This document shows, one piece after another, positions 43,201 to 50,024 of a DNA stretch of 50,024 nt. Numbering within the stretch: position 1 is the first letter of the stretch; each line of letters begins with the position of its first letter. The notes under the pieces are model-generated. The model did not search any database. It saw only the letters and a list, made by a program, of their open reading frames with translations, and was not told the DNA's origin. A program made the position numbers and the translations under genes. Origin of the DNA: Squalus acanthias (taxonomy: Eukaryota); assembly GCA_030390025.1 (NCBI GenBank), contig JASTWF010000358.1, positions 434,001-484,024 on the forward strand, written 5' to 3'.

Positions 43201-46200
43201 AGTGAGTGTGTGCTGCAGTGAGTGTGTGCGCTGCAGTGAGTGTGTGCTGCAGTGAGTCTGTGTAGTGCAGTGAGTGTGTGCTGCAGTGAGTGTGTGCTGC
43301 AGTGTGTTTGCAGTGCAGTGAGTGTGTGCTGCAGTGTGTGTGTAGTGCAGTGAGTGTGTGCTGCAGTGAGTGTGTGCTGCAGTGAGTGTGTGCGCTGCAG
43401 TGAGTCTGTGTAGTGTAGTAAGTGTGCACTGCAGTGAGTGTGCGCTCCCATGAGTGTGTGCTGCAGTGTGTTTGCAGTGCAGTGAGTGTGTGCTGCAGTG
43501 TGTGTGTAGTGCAGTGAGTGTGTGCTGCGGTGCGTGTGCGCTGCAGTGAGTGTGTGCTGCGGTGAGTGTGTGTTGTGGTGAGTGTGTGTAGTGCAGTGAG
43601 TGTGTGCGCTGCAGTGAGTGTGTTCTGCGGTGAATGTGTGTTGCGGTGAGTGTGTGCTGAGGCGAGTGTGTGGAGTGCAGCGAGTGTGTGCTGCAGTGAG
43701 TGTGTGTAGTGCAGTGAGTGTGTGCTGCAGTGAGTGTGTGCTGCAGTGAGTGTGTGTTGCGGTGAGTGTGTGCTGCAGTGAGTATGTGCTGCAGTGAGTG
43801 TGTGCTGCGGTGAGTGTGTGCTGCGGTGAGTGTGTGTTGCAGTGAGTGTGTGCTGCATGAGTGTGTGCCCTGCAGTGAGTGTGTGTAGTGCAGTGAGTGC
43901 ATGCTGCAGTGAGTGTGTGCTGCAGTGAGTGTGTGCTGCAGTGAGTGTGTGTGCTGCAGTGAATGTGTGCTGCAGTGAGTGTGTGCTGCAGTGAGTGTGT
44001 GTAGTGCAGTGTGTGTGTGCTGCAGTGAGTGTGTGCTGCAGTGAGTGTGTGTGCTGCAGTGAGTTTGTGCTGCAGTGAGTGTGTGCGCTGCAATGAGTGT
44101 GTGCGCTGCAGTGAGTGTGTGTGCTGCAGTGAGTGTGTTTAATGGAGTGAATGTGAGCTGCAGTGAGTGTGTGCTGCAGTGAGTGTGTGTTGCAGTGAGT
44201 GTGTGCTGCATGAGTGTATGTGCTGCAGTGAGTGTGTGCAGTGCAGTGAGTGTGTGCTGCAGTGAGTGTGTGTAGTGCAGTGAGTGTGTAGTGCAGTGAG
44301 TGTGCGCTGCAGTGAGTGTGTGTAGTGCAGTGAGTGTGTGCTGCAGTGAGTGTGAGATGCATTGGGTGTGTGCAGCAGTGAGTGTGTGCTGCAGTGAGTG
44401 TGTAGTGCAGTGAGTGTGCTGCAGTGAGTCTGTGCTGCAGTGAGTGTGTGCTGCAGTGAGTGTGTGTGCTGCAGTGAGTGTGTGCTGCAGTGAGTGTGTG
44501 CTGCAGTGAGTGTGTAGTGCAGTGAGTGTGTGCTGCAGTGAGTGTATGTGCTGCAGTGTGTGCAGTGCAGTGAGTGTGTGCTGCAGTGAGTGTGTGTAGT
44601 GCAGTGAGTGTGTAGTGCAGTGAGTGTGCGCTGCAGGAGTGTGTGTAGTGCAGTGAGTGTGTGCTGCAGTGAGTGTGAGATGCATGGTGTGTGTGCAGCA
44701 GTGAGTGTGTGCTGCAGTGAGTGTGTAGTGCAGTGAGTGTGCTGCAGTGAGTCTGTGCTGCAGTGAGTGTGTGCTGCAGTGAGTTGTGTGCTGCAGTGAG
44801 TGTGTGCTGCAGTGAGTTGTGCTGCAGTGAGTGTGTAGTGCAGTGAGTGTGTGCTGCAGTGAGTGTTGCTGCAGTGAGTGTGCGCTGGTGAGTGTGTGCT
44901 GCAGTGAGTGTGTGCTGCAGTGAGTGTGTGTAGTGCAGTGAGTGTGTGCTGCAGTGAGTTTGTGCAGCAGTGAGTGTGTGCTGCAGTGAGTGTGTGCTGC
45001 AGTGAGTGTGTGTAGTGCAGTGAGAGTGTGCTGCAGTGAGTATGTGTAGTGCAGTGAGTGTGTGTAGTGCAATGAGTGTGTGCTGCAGTGAGGGTGTGCT
45101 GCAGTGAGGGTGTGCTGCAGTGAGGGTGTGTAGTGCAATGAGTGTGTGTAGTGCAGTGAGTGAGTGCTGCAGTGAGTGTGTGCGCTGCAGTGAGTGTGTG
45201 CTGCAGTGAGTCTGTGTAGTGCAGTGAGTGTGTGCTGCAGTGAGTGTGTGCGCTGCAGTGAGTGTGTGCGCTGCAGTGAGTGTGTGTGCTGCAGTGAGTG
45301 TGTTTAATGCAGTGAATGTGAGCTGCAGTGAGTGTGTGCTGCAGTGAGTGTGTGTAGTGCAGTGAGTGTGCGCTGCAGTGAGTGTGTGGGCAGTGAGTGT
45401 GTAGTGCAGTGAGTGTGAGCTGCAGTGAGTGTGAGCTGCAGTGAGTGTGAGCTGCGTGAGTGTGTGCTGCAGTGAGTGCGTAGCTGCAGTGAGTGTGTGC
45501 TGCAGTGGTGTGTGCAGTGCAGTGAGTGTGTGCTGCAGTGTGTGTGTAGTGCAGTGAGGTGTGCTGCAGTGAGTGTGTGCTGCGGTGCGTGTGCGCTGCA
45601 GTGAGTGTGTGCTGCGGTGAGTGTGTGTTGCGGTGAGTGTGTGTCGTGCAGTGAGTGTGTGCGCTGCAGTGAGTGTGTTCTGCGGTGAATGTGTGTTGCG
45701 GTGAGTGTGTGCTGAGGCGACGTGAGTGGAGTGCGGGAGTGTGTGCTGCAGTGCAGTGAGTGTGTGCTGCAGTGAGTGTGTGTTGCGGTGAGTGTGTGCT
45801 GCAGTGAGTATGTGCTGCGGTGAGTGTGTGCTGCGGTGAGTGTGTGCTGCGGTGAGTGTGTGCTGCCATGAGTGTGTTCTAATGGACGTGAATGTGAGCT
45901 GCAGTGAGTGTGTGCTGCAGTGAGTGTCTGTAGTGTAGTGAGTGTGTGCTGCAGTGAGTGTGGCTGCAGTGAGTGAGCTTGAGTGAGTGTGTGCTGCGGT
46001 GAGTGTGTGCTTCAGTGAGTGTGAGCTGAGTCAGTGTGTGCTGCGGTGAGTGTGTGCTGCAGTGAGTGTGTGCTGCAGTGAGTGTGTGCTGCGGTGAGTG
46101 TGTGCTGCGGTGAGTGTGTGCTGCAGTGAGTGTGTGCTGCAGTGAGTGTGCGTTGCAGTGAGTGTGTGCTGCATGAGTGTGTGCGCTGCAGTGAGTGTGT

Positions 46201-49200
46201 GTATTGCAGTGAGTGTGTGTAGTGCAGTGAGTGTGTAGTGCAGTGAGTGTGCGCTGCAGTGAGTGTGTGTAGTGCAGTGAGTGTGTGCAGCAGTGAGTGT
46301 GTGCTGCAGTGAGTGTGTGCTGCAGTGAGCGTGTGCTGCAGTGAGTGTGTGCTGCAGTGAGTGTGCACTGGTGAGTGTGTGCTGCAGTGAGTGTGTGCTG
46401 CAGTGAGTGTGTGTGCTGCAGTGAGTGTGTGCTGCAGTGAGTGTGTGCTGCAGTGAGTGTGTAGTGCAGTGAGTGTGTGCTGCAGTGAGTGTGTGCTGCA
46501 GTGAGTGTGCGCTGGTGAGTGTGTGTAGTGCAGTGAGTGTGTGTAGCGCAATGAGTGTGTGCTGCAGTGAGGGTGTGCTGCAGTGAGGGTGTGCTGCAGT
46601 GAGTGTGTGTGCTGCAGTGAGTGTGTGCTGCAGTGAGTGTGTGCGCTGCAATGAGTGTGTGCGCTGCAGTGAGTGTGTGTGCTGCAGTGAGTGTGTTTAA
46701 TGGAGTGAATGTGAGCTGCAGTGAGTGTGTGCTGCAGTGAGTGTCTGTAGTGTAGTGAGTGTGTGCTGCAGTGAGTGTGGCTGCAGTGAGTGTGAGCTTG
46801 AGTGAGTGTGTGCTGCGGTGAGTGTGTGCTTCAGTGAGTGTGAGCTTGAGTGAGTGTGTGCTGCGGTGAGTGTGTGCTGCAGTGAGTGTGTGCTGCAGTG
46901 AGTATGTGCTGCGGTGAGTGTGTGCTGCGGTGAGTGTGTGCTGCAGTGAGTGTGTGCTGCAGTGAGTGTGCGTTGCAGTGAGTGTGTGCTGCAGTGAGTG
47001 TGCGTTGCAGTGAGTGTGTGCTGCAGTGAGTGTGTGTTGCAGTGAGTGTGTGCTGCAGTGAGTGTGTGTAGTGCAGTGAGTGTGTAGTGCAGTGAGTGTG
47101 TGCTGCAGTGAGTGTGTGTAGTGCAGTGAGTGTGTGCTGCAGTGAGTGTGTGCTGCAGTGAGCGTGTGCTGCAGTGAGTGTGTGCTGCAGTGAGTGTGTG
47201 CTGCAGTGAGTGTGTGCTGCAGTGAGTGTGTGCTGCAGTGAGTGTGCACTGGTGAGTGTGTGCTGCAGTGAGTGTGTGCTGCAGTGAGTGTGTAGTGCAG
47301 TGAGTGTGTGCTGCAGTGAGTGTGTGCTGCAGTGAGTGTGCGCTGGTGAGTGTGTGTAGTGCAGTGAGTGTGTGTAGCGCAATGAGTGTGTGCTGCAGTG
47401 AGTGTGTGCTGCAGTGAGTGTGTGCACTGCAGTGAGGGTGTGCTGCAGTGAGTCGTGTGCTGCAGTGTGTGTGTGCTGCAGTGAGTGTGTGCTGCAGTGA
47501 GGGTGTGTAGTGCAATGAGTGTGTGTAGTGCAGTGAGTGTGTGCTGCAGTGAGTGTGTGCGCTGCAGTGAGGGTGTGCTGCAGTGAGTCTGTGTAGTGCA
47601 GTGAGTGTGTGCTGCAGTGAGTGTGTGCGCTGCAGTGAGTGTGTGCGCTGCAGTGAGTGTGTGTGCTGCAGTGAGTGTGTTTAATGCAGTGAATGTGAGC
47701 TGCAGTGAGTGTGTGCTGCAGTGAGTGTGTGTAGTGCAGTGAGTGTGTGCAGCAGTGAGTGTGTGCTGCAGTGAATGTGCGTAGTGCAGTGAGTGTGTGC
47801 TGCAGTGAGTGTGTGCTGCAGTGAATGTGTGTAGTGCAGTGAGTGTGTGCTGCAGTGAGTGTGTGTAGTGCAGTGAGTGTGCACTGCAGTGAGTGTGTGC
47901 TGCAGTGAGTGTGTGCTGCAGTGAGTGTGTAGTGCAGTGAGTGTGAGCTGCAGTGAGTGTGAGCTGCAGTGAGTGTGAGCTGCAGTGAGTGTGTGCTGCA
48001 GTGAGTGCGTGCTGCAGTGAGTGTGTGCTGCAGTGTGTGTGCAGTGCAGTGAGTGTGTGCTGCAGTGTGTGTGTAGTGCATGAGTGTGTGCTGCAGTGAG
48101 TGTGTGCTGCAGTGAGTGTGTGCTGCAGTGAGTGTGTGCGCTGCAGTGAGTGTGTGCGCTGCAGTGAGTGTGTTTAATGCAGTGAATGTGAGCTGCAGTG
48201 AGTGTGTGCTGCAGTGAGTCTGTGTAGTGTAGTAAGTGTGCACTGCAGTGAGTGTGCGCTCCCATGAGTGTGTGCTGCAGTGAGTGTGAGCTTGAGTGAG
48301 TGTGTGCTGCGGTGCGTGTGCGCTGCAGTGAGTGTGTGCTGCGGTGAGTGTGTGTTGCGGTGAGTGTGTGTAGTGCAGTGAGTGTGTGCGCTGCAGTGAG
48401 TGTGTTCTGCGGTGAATGTGTGTTGCGGTGAGTGTGTGCTGAGGCGAGTGTGTGGAGTGCAGCGAGTGTGTGCTGCAGTGAGTGTGTGTAGTGCAGTGAG
48501 TGTGTGCTGCAGTGAGTGTGTGCTGCAGTGAGTGTGTGTTGCGGTGAGTGTGTGCTGCAGTGAGTATGTGCTGCAGTGAGTGTGTGCTGCGGTGAGTGTG
48601 TGCTGCGGTGAGTGTGTGCTGCATGAGTGTGTGCCCTGCAGTGAGTGTGTGTAGTGCAGTGAGTGCATGCTGCAGTGAGTGTGTGCTGCAGTGAGTGTGT
48701 GCTGCAGTGAGTGTGTGCTGCAGTGAGTGTGTGCTGCAGTGAGTGTGTGCTGCAGTGTGTGTGTGCTGCAGTGTGTGTGCTGCAGTGAGTGTGTGCTGCA
48801 GTGAGTGTGTGCTGCAGTGTGTGTGTGCTGCAGTGAGTGTGTGCTGCAGTGAGTGTGTGTGCTGCAGTGAGTGTGTGCGCTGCATGAGTGTGTGCGCTGC
48901 AGTGAGTGTGTTTAATGGAGTGAATGTGAGCTGCAGTGAGTGTATGTGCTGCAGTGAGTGTGTGTAGTGCAGTGAGTGTGTGCTGCAGTGAGTGTGGTAG
49001 TACAGTGAGTGTGTAGCTGCAGTGAGTGTGCGCTGCAGTGAGTGTGTGTAGTGCAGTGAGTGTGTGCTGCAGTGAGTGTGTGCTGCAGTGAATGTGCGTA
49101 GTGCAGTGAGTGTGTGTGCTGCAGTGAGTGTGTTTAATGCAGTGAATGTGAGCTGCAGTGAGTGTGTGCTGCAGTGAGTGTGTGTAGTGCAGTGAGTGTG

Positions 49201-50024
49201 TGCTGCAGTGAGTGTGTGCTGCAGTGAATGTGCGTAGTGCAGTGAGTGTGTGCTGCAGTGAGTGTGTGCTGCAGTGAATGTGTGTAGTGCAGTGAGTGTG
49301 TGCTGCAGTGAGTGTGTGTAGTGCAGTGAGTGTGCACTGCAGTGAGTGTGTGCTGCAGTGAGTGTGTGCTGCAGTGAGTGTGTAGTGCAGTGAGTGTGAG
49401 CTGCAGTGAGTGTGAGCTGCAGTGAGTGTGAGCTGCAGTGAGTGTGTGCTGCAGTGAGTGCGTGCTGCAGTGAGTGTGTGCTGCAGTGTGTGTGCAGTGC
49501 AGTGAGTGTGTGCTGCAGTGTGTGTGTAGTGCAGTGAGTGTGTGCTGCAGTGAGTGTGTGCTGCAGTGAGTGTGTGCGCTGCAGTGAGTGTGTGCGCTGC
49601 AGTGAGTGTGTTTAATGCAGTGAATGTGAGCTGCAGTGAGTGTGTGCTGCAGTGAGTCTGTGTAGTGTAGTAAGTGTGCACTGCAGTGAGTGTGCGCTCT
49701 CATGAGTGTGTGCTGCAGTGAGTGTGAGCTTGAGTGAGTGTGTGCTGCGGTGTGTGTGCGCTGCAGTGAGTGTGTGCTGCGGTGAGTGTGTGTTGCGGTG
49801 AGTGTGTGTAGTGCAGTGAGTGTGTGCGCTGCAGTGAGTGTGTTCTGCGGTGAATGTGTGTTGCGGTGAGTGTGTGCTGAGGCGAGTGTGTGGAGTGCAG
49901 CGAGTGTGTGCTGCAGTGAGTGTGTGTAGTGCAGTGAGTGTGTGCTGCAGTGAGTGTGTGCTGCAGTGAGTGTGTGTTGCGGTGAGTGTGTGCTGCAGTG
50001 AGTATGTGCTGCAGTGAGTGTGTG
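13282..50024. repeat. Giant 16-bp satellite (GCTGCAGTGAGTGTGT)n with variant monomers and kb-scale higher-order duplications; runs off the window
   Basis: Uninterrupted for >36.7 kb. Monomers of 14-18 bp differ in GT count, with recurrent variants (GTAGTGCA, GCTGCGGT, TTTAATGG, GAGATGCATTGGG, GCTCCCATG). Confidence 0.99.

Noticed and set aside
12853..49703. Very long His/Thr/Ala/Leu-rich minus-strand ORFs (up to 1955 aa)
   Set aside because: The 16 bp monomer has no stop codon on the minus strand, so all three frames stay open. These are low-complexity translations with no gene structure.
13282..50024. Telomeric repeat
   Set aside because: GT-rich but contains no TTAGGG array; a subtelomeric position cannot be shown from this window.

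Overview
Vertebrate genomic DNA, probably from a cartilaginous fish (inferred from the CR1 type and its ACTCTATG-like tail). From left to right: (1) The 3' end of an endogenous LTR retrovirus or retroelement (1-4286). Its env-like gene has two in-frame stops and does not look like a typical orthoretroviral env. It encodes a paramyxo/pneumovirus-F-like class I fusion protein (lokiretrovirus-like) preceded in the same frame by an apparent immunoglobulin-like domain, and is followed by a polypurine tract and a ~1.7 kb LTR. (2) An inverted copy of the last ~580 bp of that LTR, forming a 576 bp-arm near-palindrome. (3) A ~34 bp GC-rich hairpin minisatellite (4877-12587) split by a near full-length, decayed CR1 LINE (7037-11523). 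(4) The last two coding exons of a NOXA1-like SH3 gene on the minus strand (13246-13123 and 12859-12744). (5) A >36.7 kb 16-bp satellite (GCTGCAGTGAGTGTGT)n with ~4.9 kb higher-order duplications, starting about 35 bp upstream of the NOXA1 exon's splice acceptor and so apparently intronic. The long His/Thr and Pro/Gly ORFs in the track are repeat translation artefacts. All calls were made by eye, with no database searches.
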